Notes under the pieces: generated by a model
What the model saw: only the letters and a program-made list of their open reading frames with translations
Told to the model about the DNA's origin: nothing
Database searches by the model: none
Position numbers and translations under genes: made by a program
Shown here: in pieces, positions 30,401-40,271 of the stretch
How positions within the stretch are numbered: the stretch's first letter is position 1
Layout of the letters: each line of letters opens with the position of its first letter
IMG/VR virus record: IMGVR_UViG_3300039183_000005
Location: 1 to 64,000 of that record
DNA length: 64,000 nt
Origin: a virus
Strand: one strand, 5' to 3'

Positions 30401-32075
30401 TGTCCAAAAAATAACAATTGATGATAATGGTGGCAAAATATACTGGACGGACGAGAATTTATCAGGTCCGACAATTAAGAGGGCTAACCTAGATGGCACA
30501 AATGTTCAAACAATAATTAATACAAATATCACACAGCCGAGAGAAATTAGCGTAGATACATTAAACAGTAAAATATATTGGGTAGATGCTATAAGGGATT
30601 CTGTTGATTGTGCTGATTTGGATGGTAGTAATAGAGAAAATATTGCAACAATTAATGGACCACAATCGATAGCCATTGATACATATGATCAGAAATTATA
30701 TGTTGGAGATTTAATAGGCAAGATATATCGATTGAATACAGATGGGTCAGATAAAACAGAAATTGTTAACACAAGTGGTGTAATTAGGGCAATAGATTTT
30801 GGTATTGTTGTTCATACAGATGGTGTTCACGTCCCATCACCAAACGACTGTGATATTTTTATCTATGGATATCAACTTGATAATGATCAACATGATTTAA
30901 TTTTAATTGGTCACGAAGATGTTGACACATCTTGTGATTTATGGATAAGTGGACCAGTTGCAGTAACTACATATGATAATTTATTTATTCAAGGCAACGA
31001 ATATAGTGAAACCTCATGTGACCTACTTGTTAATGGATTCATGGATTATTCTATGTCTGGCGACTTATTTATCAATGGACATACTGAACATATTGACACG
31101 ATAGATTTAGTTATACATGGACATACCGATACAGTTTTGTCTTGTGATCTATTAATAAGCGGCAAAACTACGCAGAACGAATCGTGTGATATTTTTGTTT
31201 CTGGATTTGACGAGATAGTAACTTCCGGTGATTTGTTCGTTGGTGGTGTTACTAGCTACAATAATAATACAGACTTATTTGTGCTCGGAGATAGCGATAG
31301 TTATAATTCTGTTAATTTATATGCCTATGGATATGTAAGTACTCATGATTTATCCAACATGTTTATCGGAGGACATTCGACAGATAATGATCAGATTTAT
31401 TTATTTACTAATGGATATTCAACAATATCGTTTTCGGGCAATTTGTTTACAGCTAGCCATAGTAGTTATAATGATAATCTAAATCTATTTATACATGGAG
31501 ATAATAATAAGAATAATTTTATTAATTTGTATATATGTGGACATATTGACGTTTATGATTCGTTGAATTTATTTATCAATGGCAACTCAACAGACAATAA
31601 TCAAACAGATTTATTCATGCATGGATATTCTGGTGTGGCTGATTATTCAAATCTATTTATCCGTGGAGATGACGACCGAACTAAATCCATCGATCTTTTT
31701 ATTGAAGGTTCTACTGCGTCAACATCAACAATAGATTTTAGTCTCGAAAGACTTCTTAGAACGTCCGATCATAGTCCGCAGTTAATAGGAAATTTTACAA
31801 CCAGTCCGTCTGGTGTCAACATAGAAGTTTGGGATATAACGAATGGACAAAACCTAGCATTGGCACTAGAGTCTAGTGGGTGTTATCCTATTGGAAATAC
31901 TGGAAGATGGGGTTGGTCTACGCAGTATTTGCCGACACTATCTGGTTTTAGAGAATTATTTTATTACAGAATGACTAGTAATCTTGGTGAAATTTTCGAA
32001 GGACAGTTGATTTTGGGTGTTCCAGAGAGTACCAAGTGGTTCCACCCGAAAGATAGTGGAAATTATTTAGTTTAG
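27495..32075 (+). CDS. giant fibre/adhesin-like virion protein
   Basis: Beta-rich/LamG-like N-half, about 16 + 21 copies of a 14-aa (D/N)L(F/Y)(I/V)xG repeat, central YWTD propeller. Confidence 0.75.
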   Translation: MAFLKSDQVIFYHPLDNFDEYTQSQSWDGLGNFMSGLLPHSYPAGLGVELGDTFVAYSAESFCNTSAYRNVPIRLSNTKHMVIYNQDEGGSKNLYGQIISYENDIVTSGEPTLLTAGTYNTTSYPNAFNGHALTEDQCLLVYGFSSPNQLRGMVVDISGLTITPNNYSIIYSNFGRELSLAEMIPYQSGVSSGIFMLTSRRFSDQKSYATPILVSGTTIDSGNSITPNDDANTNYLAVASFDAENFVMFYNASGHADYVTPNLGIGMARHGSLSGATCSWEEDAVEINTWSVPGTDNQYYARTIAKQLCSGQAVSIGQFKTGTSTLSTKGILATLDNGVMTITPSGGIELADPGEADRIAMDVLDDNHFVTALRENLDENLIDIVTITVSGTSGTKSPHYYSGELDAEYLWLSKFSFNNFALYWNNPEISNGRLQIFDVSGISNIYASNPDVYPSASGFPRLTIALWCNQPTSFTGDVHIDAGYAIRLTSGSIIFGDNGSVWNDSEIADFMSQINDGSNHFMVLDFANSGSNNWGLSTSTDGSGWIDHGIQNSGTTQLLIDDGNSPRIGISGLNNEETFIDELIVWGGSSGDMPKFTDEQLSNLYNLAYIKHNTMPNYSNYYTLDADDEINLFIGGSNPTIQLSGNMFINGCSENTAICNLFLNGYDDLDASGNLYIHSHENVNSDVDLFIRGISQNTISINLFVDGHVNNSGSCDLFVDGYLTVSFSGNLFVVGDINSSGHCDLSVYGRNNVNDYLNLYTHGHVDSINSSDMFIGGYLIDNVSGDLFTYGKSNQIISGSLYIVGDIAENSSIDLFVYGQNNIVESGDLYIHSYDLMSDATSLYTVSIDDRALYWADDVNGKIQRSLLDGTNIKDVLINLPLIQSLVIDRQDNSIYFGDSIIDKIEKCDPNGANRENVVTDGLAGIRGIAISQSLRKIYWTDTELNVLKRCDIDGSNIETLVSLGVSSIVQKITIDDNGGKIYWTDENLSGPTIKRANLDGTNVQTIINTNITQPREISVDTLNSKIYWVDAIRDSVDCADLDGSNRENIATINGPQSIAIDTYDQKLYVGDLIGKIYRLNTDGSDKTEIVNTSGVIRAIDFGIVVHTDGVHVPSPNDCDIFIYGYQLDNDQHDLILIGHEDVDTSCDLWISGPVAVTTYDNLFIQGNEYSETSCDLLVNGFMDYSMSGDLFINGHTEHIDTIDLVIHGHTDTVLSCDLLISGKTTQNESCDIFVSGFDEIVTSGDLFVGGVTSYNNNTDLFVLGDSDSYNSVNLYAYGYVSTHDLSNMFIGGHSTDNDQIYLFTNGYSTISFSGNLFTASHSSYNDNLNLFIHGDNNKNNFINLYICGHIDVYDSLNLFINGNSTDNNQTDLFMHGYSGVADYSNLFIRGDDDRTKSIDLFIEGSTASTSTIDFSLERLLRTSDHSPQLIGNFTTSPSGVNIEVWDITNGQNLALALESSGCYPIGNTGRWGWSTQYLPTLSGFRELFYYRMTSNLGEIFEGQLILGVPESTKWFHPKDSGNYLV

Positions 32076-32087
32076 GAGGCATGTGAT

Positions 32088-32435
32088 ATGACAGTTATCG
32101 GAGCGACAATACCAGAGTATGATTTTTTTCCTAATGCAGCACCAGCTATTGTTGGGCAATTGCCATCTGGCCAAGTTGTTAATATACAGCTTTGGGAAAA
32201 TGGTTCGCCAGTCTCTATTTCTTCTAGTGGTTGTAGTGAGATTGGCAATACTGGTAGATATACCTGGTCTACTAGTGGTATTCCAACATTATCCGCGAGT
32301 AGACAACAATTTCATTGGCAAATGTCTGATGGTTCAGATACCGACGATGGTGATTTTATTTTAATTTCTCACGAAAACTATGACGGAGGTATGCCATCCT
32401 TAAATGCCAAGGATACATACATAAAAAGAATTTAG
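32088..32435 (+). CDS. standalone paralog of the fibre C-terminal domain
   Basis: VNIQLW...SSGCSEIGNTGRYTWSTSGIPTLS vs VNIEVW...SSGCYPIGNTGRWGWSTQYLPTLS. Confidence 0.7.
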   Translation: MTVIGATIPEYDFFPNAAPAIVGQLPSGQVVNIQLWENGSPVSISSSGCSEIGNTGRYTWSTSGIPTLSASRQQFHWQMSDGSDTDDGDFILISHENYDGGMPSLNAKDTYIKRI

Positions 32436-32444
32436 GGAGACGAT

Positions 32445-32990
32445 ATGGCTTGGAATACTGATCTAGTTTTGATAACCAGAGTTTTGATTAGCGACGTTGC
32501 TACACCACAAACTTATGTGGACGAATATATTGAGAGAGTATTAATTACTGCTGGAATTATGGTTGATGCCGATTTTCCGTTTAGCTATGATTATACCTAT
32601 GATATAAGCACTCTTACAATTTCTCCCGATCCAGTATTGAGCAGTGATTCTGCATTTATGGCTTTGATACCGCTCAAGGCTGCGTGTATTTTAACGCAAG
32701 GTGAATTTAAGCAGGCATTGGGCCAGGGAATCAAAGTACGAGACGGAGATAGTTCTATTGACACAAGCGTAAGCTTTCGGGGTTATCGAGATATTTTAGA
32801 AATGGGACCATGTGCCGCGTACGAGAAATTGAAATGGTCACTATTGGCATCTGGGGAAGCTGTGGGCGACGGTGTTGGAAAAGCCGTTCTTGGACCATAT
32901 CGGTCACCAGGCAGCAATGCACTAGATACTATTTCGTGGTATTATGATCAATTTGCTATCGAAAGCAATGGCCGCAGAGATCGTATGTAA
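32445..32990 (+). CDS. probable head-tail adaptor
   Basis: Position and size; N-terminal RVLISD helix. Confidence 0.5.
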   Translation: MAWNTDLVLITRVLISDVATPQTYVDEYIERVLITAGIMVDADFPFSYDYTYDISTLTISPDPVLSSDSAFMALIPLKAACILTQGEFKQALGQGIKVRDGDSSIDTSVSFRGYRDILEMGPCAAYEKLKWSLLASGEAVGDGVGKAVLGPYRSPGSNALDTISWYYDQFAIESNGRRDRM

Positions 32991-33019
32991 TAATTTTTAG
33001 TTAATATTTGGAAGTTATT

Positions 33020-33610
33020 ATGACATATGCCAATAATAATATTAGTTTTTTTATCAACGGGTTGGAGCCCCGTCCTACTCTTTCGTGTCCTGCGCTCGAC
33101 ACAACAGCATCTATACAAATCAAGGATTCATTGATTAGAATCTATCAATCCAGAATTGATGCTCTAATTAATCAGCTTGGAAAAAATGTTTACCTAGAAT
33201 TTGATCCAATTCGTGATCCTTGTCCTAACTGTTCCTATGATGTTATTCGTGAACGATCAACCGGAATATATAAAATTGGTGGTCCAACACCATTTGCTCG
33301 TGGACGTAAATGTCCATATTGTAAAGGCCATGGTTTTACAGAAACATCAGTTAATAAATGTATTAAATGTTTGATTAAATGGAACCCCAACGATACTAGC
33401 AACTACGGACTAGCAATCGAACAAAGAAAAGGCGTAGTGCGACTTAAAACATATTTGACAGAGGCAGATGACTTAGCAAGAGCAAAGACTGTTATTGTTA
33501 ATCACGATATTGTCAATCAGATGAAATTGAGGGTGAAACTTATTCAAGGTCCAATTCCAGTTGGATTACGTGAAGATAGATATTGTATTAGTTTTTGGGA
33601 GTTGATATAA
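33020..33610 (+). CDS. probable head-closure/neck protein
   Basis: CPNC...CPYCKG; synteny. Confidence 0.5.
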   Translation: MTYANNNISFFINGLEPRPTLSCPALDTTASIQIKDSLIRIYQSRIDALINQLGKNVYLEFDPIRDPCPNCSYDVIRERSTGIYKIGGPTPFARGRKCPYCKGHGFTETSVNKCIKCLIKWNPNDTSNYGLAIEQRKGVVRLKTYLTEADDLARAKTVIVNHDIVNQMKLRVKLIQGPIPVGLREDRYCISFWELI

Positions 33611-34312
33611 TTGGCCAATATTAGATTAAAAATTGAACCAACATCGCAAACTATTATTCAGCTTTCCAAAGGAGTGAAACGAGAAGGTTCAAAAATATGG
33701 GCTGGACGTATATTGTCTCACGCAACTGCAATCAGACAAGATATTGGCAATATGCTTGCAAAAACTTTTAATGGAACATCTGTAGCTAAAGCTATTCGCG
33801 GCCAAGGTGGAGAAGATTTGCCAGCACATTTTGGATTAAACGACAGTACAGCTAATGCTTTGGTTGACGGAATGGCGGAATTGATTCGATCATCAGTGAG
33901 ACTTGTTAGCAAAAGTGCTAACGATAATACTGTATTGGTTCGCGTACAGGCGGTAGAAGATAATTGGAATGATTACTTAAGTCTGCCAGGCGCACAATAT
34001 ATATCTTATCCATCGAATATTACAATTCCAGTTGTTAAATGGCTATTAGTGGACCCTAGTATCGATATTGGTCAAGCTGCATACGATATAGTCTTCAAGG
34101 GGGAAGATCAGAAATTCGATGTAAGAATACAAAATGCATCTCGCAGTGGACGAGCAATCATGGTATCTCTACAGACATTGGGTGGTGGAGGAGGCTATGT
34201 ATTGCCAGCTATTGTGTCTGGACAGGCTGGTAAAAATTTCATTGAAATGACTTTAGGCCAACAGAATGTGGCGATGGAAGCCGCAACTATTTTAATGAAG
34301 AAGGTTGGATAA
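33611..34312 (+). CDS. probable neck/tail-completion protein
   Basis: Synteny. Confidence 0.45.
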   Translation: MANIRLKIEPTSQTIIQLSKGVKREGSKIWAGRILSHATAIRQDIGNMLAKTFNGTSVAKAIRGQGGEDLPAHFGLNDSTANALVDGMAELIRSSVRLVSKSANDNTVLVRVQAVEDNWNDYLSLPGAQYISYPSNITIPVVKWLLVDPSIDIGQAAYDIVFKGEDQKFDVRIQNASRSGRAIMVSLQTLGGGGGYVLPAIVSGQAGKNFIEMTLGQQNVAMEAATILMKKVG

Positions 34313-35264
34313 TATGAGAAAATGCTGGACGAAAAAAGAAGATGATATATTGAGAAAATACTATTTCAGTGATGGTGCTAAATATTGTTTTAATTTACTG
34401 GATAGGTCTATTGGTAGTGTTTATGAAAGAGTTAAAAAAATAAATTTGTCTAAAAAAATACCTAAATGGACGGAAGGAGAAATTAGCGATCTTAGAAAAT
34501 ACTATATTGATCATGGATCGGAATATTGCGCTCGATTGCTGAATAAACCTCGGCGATCTATTATTAAAAAAGCTTATCGTCTTAAAATTAAAACAAATAT
34601 TAACAAAGGTTGGAATAGTAATGAAGACGATATTTTATTTAAATATTATGTTCAACATGGAGCTGACTATTGTTCTAATTTATTAAATAAATCCAAAAAT
34701 AATGTTTGTGCAAGGGCTAACAAATTGGGTCTACTTTCCTGTATTACAAATGGTGGATTTCCTAAAAAACAAGTGATAGATAAAATATGTAACAATAAAG
34801 TTATGGCAATATGTAAAAAACATGGTGAAACACCACATTATTTTAGAAACGGCACAATTCAACACTGTATTAAATGTTCATCAATAAAAAATGTAGCTTA
34901 TAAAAAAGCAGAAAGAAAAACACCGTTGGGTTTATATAAAAGTAGATTACGTAATTCCTTAAATAGTGCCTTTACACGTATTTCAAAAATAAACAATACT
35001 AAAAAACACAGAGGATGTTTTAGACATCTATCATATTCACCTAGACAATTATGTAATCACTTAGAAGCAATCAGGGGGCGACAGAATAATAAGTGTCCGA
35101 TGTGTCAACAATCGTATGACTGCGTTAAGATAAGTATAGATCATACCATACCTGTCAAGATAGCCAACACAACGGAAGAAGTATTAGAGTTATTTAATCT
35201 CAGCAACTTATCTTTGTTATGTCTGTCATGCAATAGTTCTAAGGGGGCCAGCATATGTCCTTAA
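34305..35264 (+). CDS. HNH endonuclease with three Myb/SANT-like repeats
   Basis: WTKKEDDILRKYY / WTEGEISDLRKYY / WNSNEDDILFKYY; CPMC...IDHTIP...NLSLLCLSCNSSKG. Confidence 0.8.
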   Translation: MDNMRKCWTKKEDDILRKYYFSDGAKYCFNLLDRSIGSVYERVKKINLSKKIPKWTEGEISDLRKYYIDHGSEYCARLLNKPRRSIIKKAYRLKIKTNINKGWNSNEDDILFKYYVQHGADYCSNLLNKSKNNVCARANKLGLLSCITNGGFPKKQVIDKICNNKVMAICKKHGETPHYFRNGTIQHCIKCSSIKNVAYKKAERKTPLGLYKSRLRNSLNSAFTRISKINNTKKHRGCFRHLSYSPRQLCNHLEAIRGRQNNKCPMCQQSYDCVKISIDHTIPVKIANTTEEVLELFNLSNLSLLCLSCNSSKGASICP

Positions 35265-36187
35265 CATTCAAAGGTATAGGTGGATACGGCTATTCCGGCT
35301 ATTCTTTAACCGATCAACTTCTGTATAATTTGAAATTTTTTATCGACTGGAATCTATTAAATAATGGTGCCTATAGTATTTACGAATATAATTCAAGCAG
35401 TTGGTACGATGCAGATGAATCTAAACTACACGTTGTCCCCGACGAAAGATATGAACAAGGACGTGTATGGGAAGGTGCAGGACGCGAATGGGCATGGGAA
35501 AGTGGAGTTTCACTGGGTAGCGGTGCGGTTGATCCATTTCGTGTTTCTGGCGTATATATCGACGGAGATTTTTATCCGAAGGATTCTGCTGGCATTTATG
35601 CTCACCATGTGGATTATCTAAATGGTCGTATAATTTTTGATGAGCCAAAGAGCGTCGATGATGACATTCGTGCAGAATATACCCGCAGATCAGTTCATGT
35701 AGGATTTGCCGATGATCAAGATTTTAGAGTCATGATGTTGAATGCTGTTGAAGAATTTCTTACCGACTCTTCTACGTCTGGCACTCCGTCCAGAGAACAT
35801 CAAATTTGGCTTCCAAGTATTTTTATCGAAGTTACCACTGGTGAACAACGCGGTTTACAACTGGGCGGTGGACAAATAAAAACTAGATACGTGACTTTTC
35901 ACATATTTGCAGATAATCCGCAAGATCGCAATTTATTAATGGATTGGCTAGACTATCAAACCAGAACTGTATTTTGGATGGCTGATCTGAATAATATTAC
36001 TTTTCCATTTGATGAATATGGTGACTTGGTATCTGGTGTAACAAATTGGCCAAATATGGTATCTGCTCATCCGTGGAAACGTTTAAGGGTGATCGAAGGG
36101 AATTCAGCGGTACTAAATTCATTAAATTCTCAATTGTTTAGGGCTCGTGTGACGTGGACTGTTGAAATTGATTTTAATTTGATATAA
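35255..36187 (+). CDS. probable tail terminator protein
   Basis: Directly before tail tube; LPSIFIE...FHIFAD. Confidence 0.55.
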   Translation: MSLTFKGIGGYGYSGYSLTDQLLYNLKFFIDWNLLNNGAYSIYEYNSSSWYDADESKLHVVPDERYEQGRVWEGAGREWAWESGVSLGSGAVDPFRVSGVYIDGDFYPKDSAGIYAHHVDYLNGRIIFDEPKSVDDDIRAEYTRRSVHVGFADDQDFRVMMLNAVEEFLTDSSTSGTPSREHQIWLPSIFIEVTTGEQRGLQLGGGQIKTRYVTFHIFADNPQDRNLLMDWLDYQTRTVFWMADLNNITFPFDEYGDLVSGVTNWPNMVSAHPWKRLRVIEGNSAVLNSLNSQLFRARVTWTVEIDFNLI

Positions 36188-36202
36188 TTTGAATTGCATA
36201 TT

Positions 36203-36210
36203 GTGTATAA
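36203..36210 (+). promoter_or_regulatory. GTGTATAA promoter motif upstream of tail tube
   Basis: Intergenic recurring motif. Confidence 0.6.
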
Positions 36211-36267
36211 GACAATGGTGGATAGATTTGGATAGATTAGATTTACTGAGAGGTAAGGTGAGTGTAA

Positions 36268-37386
36268 ATGAGTTCTAACAATCGCATATTTTACGCCATA
36301 CAGGCATTGGGTTTTGCGGAGCACGACGTAGTATGTCCAACTGGTTCTGGTGGGTGTGGTGTTGCTGGTTCTGGAACACATCCGTCTGGATTTAGGACAG
36401 CACATGGTGTACAGAGTGTTGGCATGAATACTACATTTAATCTTGAACAAGTTTTCGAACTTGGTCAACTAGAGCTTTACGAAAATGTCGAGGGTATTCC
36501 AGACATCGAATTGACAGCCCAAAAAGTACTAGATGGTTATCCATTGCTGTATCATCTTGCTACGCCAGGTGCAACATCGGCAACGTTGGTCGGACGATCG
36601 AACGAGCGATGTTTTGCTGCTCTGAATATTTATCCGGATACTTTTGATAATGCTTCTGGAACTCCACTGCAATCAGTTGGTCTGTCGGGTATGTATGTTT
36701 CAGCACTTACCTATACTCTGAATGTAGAGGGTAGTTCAACGGAGGATGTTACGCTTGTCGGAAACAACAGAGAATGGGTGGCCAGTGGTCTTACTCACTT
36801 TGCCCCATCTGCATTTGATGGTTCTGATGAACCATTATCTTTGACTGCTTCTGGTGGTGTGGCACAAAGAGAAAACATTCTTATGGGCTCTGGATGTTCT
36901 ATGAGTGACGCTGGTGTTATTTCTGGTGCTAGCGGTAGTATTTGGCCTACGGAAATTGATGGTATTGATGCTAACGGGCACAATTTAGTTTCCGGAGGTG
37001 CTTATAGTGCCCACATTCAAACCGTTACAATTTCAACAGACCTTGGTCGCGAAGAACTATTTGAGCTTGGTCGTCGTGGTCCGTATCACCGTTTCGTATC
37101 ATTTCCAACAGAGGTGACCTGTGTAATTGATACTACATCGTCCGAAGGTGATCTGATTGATGCCCTGGCCGATCCTGTTGGCGGAAGTAACCTCACTGAT
37201 CAAAAGATTTTCATCTGGGTTGAGGAAGGTACGCGGCTCAATCTTGGTGCTAAGAACAAATTGGCATCGGTTAGCTACGGAGGGGGCGACAGCGGTGGCG
37301 GAAATGTTACAGTATCACTTAACTATTCGAATTTCAATTCCTTAAAGGTTACGCATCCACAAGACCCGGCGGGCCTTTCAACCTAA
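36268..37386 (+). CDS. major tail tube protein
   Basis: Two internally similar halves (LEQVFELGQ / REELFELGR); own promoter and terminator; synteny. Confidence 0.7.
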   Translation: MSSNNRIFYAIQALGFAEHDVVCPTGSGGCGVAGSGTHPSGFRTAHGVQSVGMNTTFNLEQVFELGQLELYENVEGIPDIELTAQKVLDGYPLLYHLATPGATSATLVGRSNERCFAALNIYPDTFDNASGTPLQSVGLSGMYVSALTYTLNVEGSSTEDVTLVGNNREWVASGLTHFAPSAFDGSDEPLSLTASGGVAQRENILMGSGCSMSDAGVISGASGSIWPTEIDGIDANGHNLVSGGAYSAHIQTVTISTDLGREELFELGRRGPYHRFVSFPTEVTCVIDTTSSEGDLIDALADPVGGSNLTDQKIFIWVEEGTRLNLGAKNKLASVSYGGGDSGGGNVTVSLNYSNFNSLKVTHPQDPAGLST

Positions 37387-37415
37387 TCTTTATAAATTGG
37401 CATACGATTAAATAG

Positions 37416-37450
37416 ATCGAGGTGGTTTTCGGACCATCTCGATTTTTTTT
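37416..37450 (+). terminator. intrinsic terminator after tail tube
   Basis: ATCGAGGTGGTT-ttcg-GACCATCTCGAT + T-run. Confidence 0.85.
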
Positions 37451-37477
37451 ATTTTAATGAAACAAATCTATTTGTTA

Positions 37478-37551
37478 TACGTATAATAAGATAGCAGCGT
37501 TGTGCTGCTATCGTGAGCCAAGCTCTGTATCGGATGCATCTTTATTGGATT
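37478..37551 (+). repeat. dispersed structured element, copy 2 of 3
   Basis: ACGTATAATAAGATAGCAGCG-ttg-TGCTGCTATC + GAGC-caa-GCTC. Confidence 0.75.
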
Positions 37552-37578
37552 ATATAATTCTTCTTCAATCGTGCAGTC

Positions 37579-37809
37579 ATGAATAAGACAATAGAATATT
37601 TTCGTAACAGAATAGAGAGTGAATATAAAGATGTTCTGCTTGGAAGTGGTTCCGTAGGAGGATGTTTTGGGTCCATATTGTGTCACGAATTGCACCACAG
37701 CGAAGAAGGTAATGGATTACATTTCAAGAAATTAGCTAAGAAATGGAATATTTCCGTATCGTTTTTGGGACAAATTATAGCCGATCATTGCGATAGACTG
37801 GATCAATGA
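37579..37809 (+). CDS. hypothetical protein
   Basis: ORF track. Confidence 0.55.
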   Translation: MNKTIEYFRNRIESEYKDVLLGSGSVGGCFGSILCHELHHSEEGNGLHFKKLAKKWNISVSFLGQIIADHCDRLDQ

Positions 37810-37810
37810 T

Positions 37811-37999
37811 ATGATTTACTTTGTTGTAGCTCAAAAAGAAGAAGATGCAGAATGGGAGCTTTTCGGTCCTTGGGATTATATAGAAGGGGCTGACGAAAAG
37901 ATAGACGAATTGAGTCATAGTCCTATATATTCTCAAGTCGAATTAGCTAGAGTGTTAACGGACGAAGACGGCCGAGAGTGGTTACGGGATGTTGAATGA
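37811..37999 (+). CDS. acidic hypothetical protein
   Basis: ORF track; ATGA overlap with ligA. Confidence 0.55.
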   Translation: MIYFVVAQKEEDAEWELFGPWDYIEGADEKIDELSHSPIYSQVELARVLTDEDGREWLRDVE

Positions 38000-39876
38000 T
38001 GAAGGTAGATCAACTTGAAAAAGCAAGTGCTGCTTATTACGCTGGCAACCCGATAATGACAGATGCCGAATTTGATGCGGCTGTTGTTGAATTGCGTGAA
38101 AACAATCCAGATCACCCATTTCTCAAACGTATTGGGGCACCTGTCCCCGGTAAAGAGAAGGTAGCTCATAAGATTGCGATGGGAAGTTTAGCTAATGCAA
38201 ACAATAAAGAAGAATTTGAGACATGGATACCAGACGATAATCCGACGATATTTCTTTCCCATAAAATGGATGGTTCTTCACTGGAACTAGTTTATGAGAA
38301 CGGTTCTTTTGTGCAGGCCATTACTCGCGGCAATGGTGAATTGGGAGAAGATGTAACAAAAAATGTAGTCAAATCAGGGAATGTCCCCCTCACTATTGAT
38401 CCAAGCATAGTTTCTGTTAGGTGCGAATGCTTAATTCATGTTGCTGACTGGACTGCTCACTTTGGTGGAGACGCTAATCCACGCAATTCTGCTGCTGGAA
38501 CACTACGTCGTCACGATGGCCACAATGCAAAATATCTTCAATTTTATGCTTTTGATGCTTTGTTCACTACCGATAAGATAGATGATGGAATTTTTGCATT
38601 TTCGAAATCTGAATGCGGTATCCTTACTCTGCTCAAACGATGGTTCTCTACACCATTTTATGCATTAGCAAATGATTTGGAAAGTCTAGTGTCGTGGTGT
38701 CGAGAGGTAGAATACGTTAGAGAAACACATCCGTATGAAATAGATGGAGTTGTAGCAAAAATAGACGATCGCACTAGGTCTCAAAATATGGGTAGTAGAA
38801 ATGGAAGACCAAGGGGCCAGATTGCCATAAAGTTCAAACCCCGTGGTGGAGAAACAATTTTAAATAAGGTGATATGGCAAGTTGGTCATACGGGATCGTT
38901 AACTCCCGTCGGTGAAGTATCTCCCGTGGGTGTTGGTGGAACTATCGTTAAACGTGTTACTCTATGCAATATGGATGAGATTGATAGATTAGACATCGCA
39001 ATTGGAGATACTGTCGAAATTATTAGGGCTGGTGATGTTATTCCTAAATTATCTAAATGTGTCAAAAAAGGTAAGCAAAGATTAATTATTTGTCCTCCGA
39101 AGCAGTGTCCTGAATGTGGAAGCAAGACAGCAAAAGATGGGGCTAGACTTTTTTGCACCAATGATTTGTGTGGGGGTCAATCTTTAGGGCGTGTAATGAC
39201 ATGGATCAAAAAGAGGGATATTCTCAATCTGGGAATTGGTGTTATTAAGGCCGCTAATATAAAATCAATCCGCCACTTATATGAGATGAGTCTTGATGAG
39301 TGGGCGAAGGTTCAGGTTGGAAATGGTGTTTTGGGTGAAAAACGTGCGAAGAAAATACTGGTATCTCTATATCATTCTAAATATGTTTCTTTATCAGAAT
39401 TTTTAGGCTCTATTGGAATCAAAGGCGTGGGACGATCTCTTTGTCGTGATATTTGTAATGGATTGGGGGTACGAACACTAGACAATATATTTGCAATTCG
39501 TCCGGAACACATAGAAAAACTGGAAGGATTTGGACAGATAAGAGCATATGATTTTTGCAATTGGTTACTAGAGTATCGTAAAGATATAATTGAACTTGCT
39601 GGTATTATGAATTTCGAAACCGAGTTTTCTAAAGGTAATCAAGTTTTTGACAATGAGACAATTTGTTTTACTGGTAAGTCACCAAAACCACGTCAAGAAA
39701 TGAGCAAATTAGCGGAAGCTGCTGGTGCCTCTGTTAGTAGTTCGGTTAACAACAATACCACGATTTTGGTAATTGCCGATATAGACAGTACGTCTTCGAA
39801 AGCGGTTAAGGCCCGTAAAATTGGGATAAAGCTGATGTCGCCAGATGAATTTTTGGAACAAGTTGGAGAATTGTAA
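37996..39876 (+). CDS. ligA: NAD-dependent DNA ligase
   Basis: KMDG motif I, TRGNG, NPRNSAAG, DGVVAK, RAGDVIP, C4 Zn finger, HhH, BRCT. Confidence 0.95.
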   Translation: MMKVDQLEKASAAYYAGNPIMTDAEFDAAVVELRENNPDHPFLKRIGAPVPGKEKVAHKIAMGSLANANNKEEFETWIPDDNPTIFLSHKMDGSSLELVYENGSFVQAITRGNGELGEDVTKNVVKSGNVPLTIDPSIVSVRCECLIHVADWTAHFGGDANPRNSAAGTLRRHDGHNAKYLQFYAFDALFTTDKIDDGIFAFSKSECGILTLLKRWFSTPFYALANDLESLVSWCREVEYVRETHPYEIDGVVAKIDDRTRSQNMGSRNGRPRGQIAIKFKPRGGETILNKVIWQVGHTGSLTPVGEVSPVGVGGTIVKRVTLCNMDEIDRLDIAIGDTVEIIRAGDVIPKLSKCVKKGKQRLIICPPKQCPECGSKTAKDGARLFCTNDLCGGQSLGRVMTWIKKRDILNLGIGVIKAANIKSIRHLYEMSLDEWAKVQVGNGVLGEKRAKKILVSLYHSKYVSLSEFLGSIGIKGVGRSLCRDICNGLGVRTLDNIFAIRPEHIEKLEGFGQIRAYDFCNWLLEYRKDIIELAGIMNFETEFSKGNQVFDNETICFTGKSPKPRQEMSKLAEAAGASVSSSVNNNTTILVIADIDSTSSKAVKARKIGIKLMSPDEFLEQVGEL

Positions 39877-40271
39877 TGGAGCGATTATTTATTATATTTC
39901 TCACCGTTATGTTTGTTTCTCCGGTTATGGCCGATCGTCCAAAACTGAAAGGCCCAAGTAGTCCAAAATCACAAAAGATAACAAAAATAGACACAAAGCA
40001 TCATTGTGATCATTTTCGCAAACATTATATCAGACACAGAAAGCATACACATCGTTCTCGACAACCAATTGTGATTATAGTCCAACCAAAAATTACATTA
40101 TCAATTGACAAAGAACAAAAACAACAGACCCACGTGGAGTCAAGACATAAGACGATTTATATCGAACAGAAATCTAAAGATACTGTTTATGTTCCAAAAA
40201 CTCGCAATCAAATAATACAAGAATCTAAGAATAAAGTAAAACCACAGGTGTATAATACTAAGGAACGATAG
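39876..40271 (+). CDS. basic His-rich protein with signal peptide
   Basis: MERLFIIFLTVMFVSPVMA. Confidence 0.55.
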   Translation: MERLFIIFLTVMFVSPVMADRPKLKGPSSPKSQKITKIDTKHHCDHFRKHYIRHRKHTHRSRQPIVIIVQPKITLSIDKEQKQQTHVESRHKTIYIEQKSKDTVYVPKTRNQIIQESKNKVKPQVYNTKER

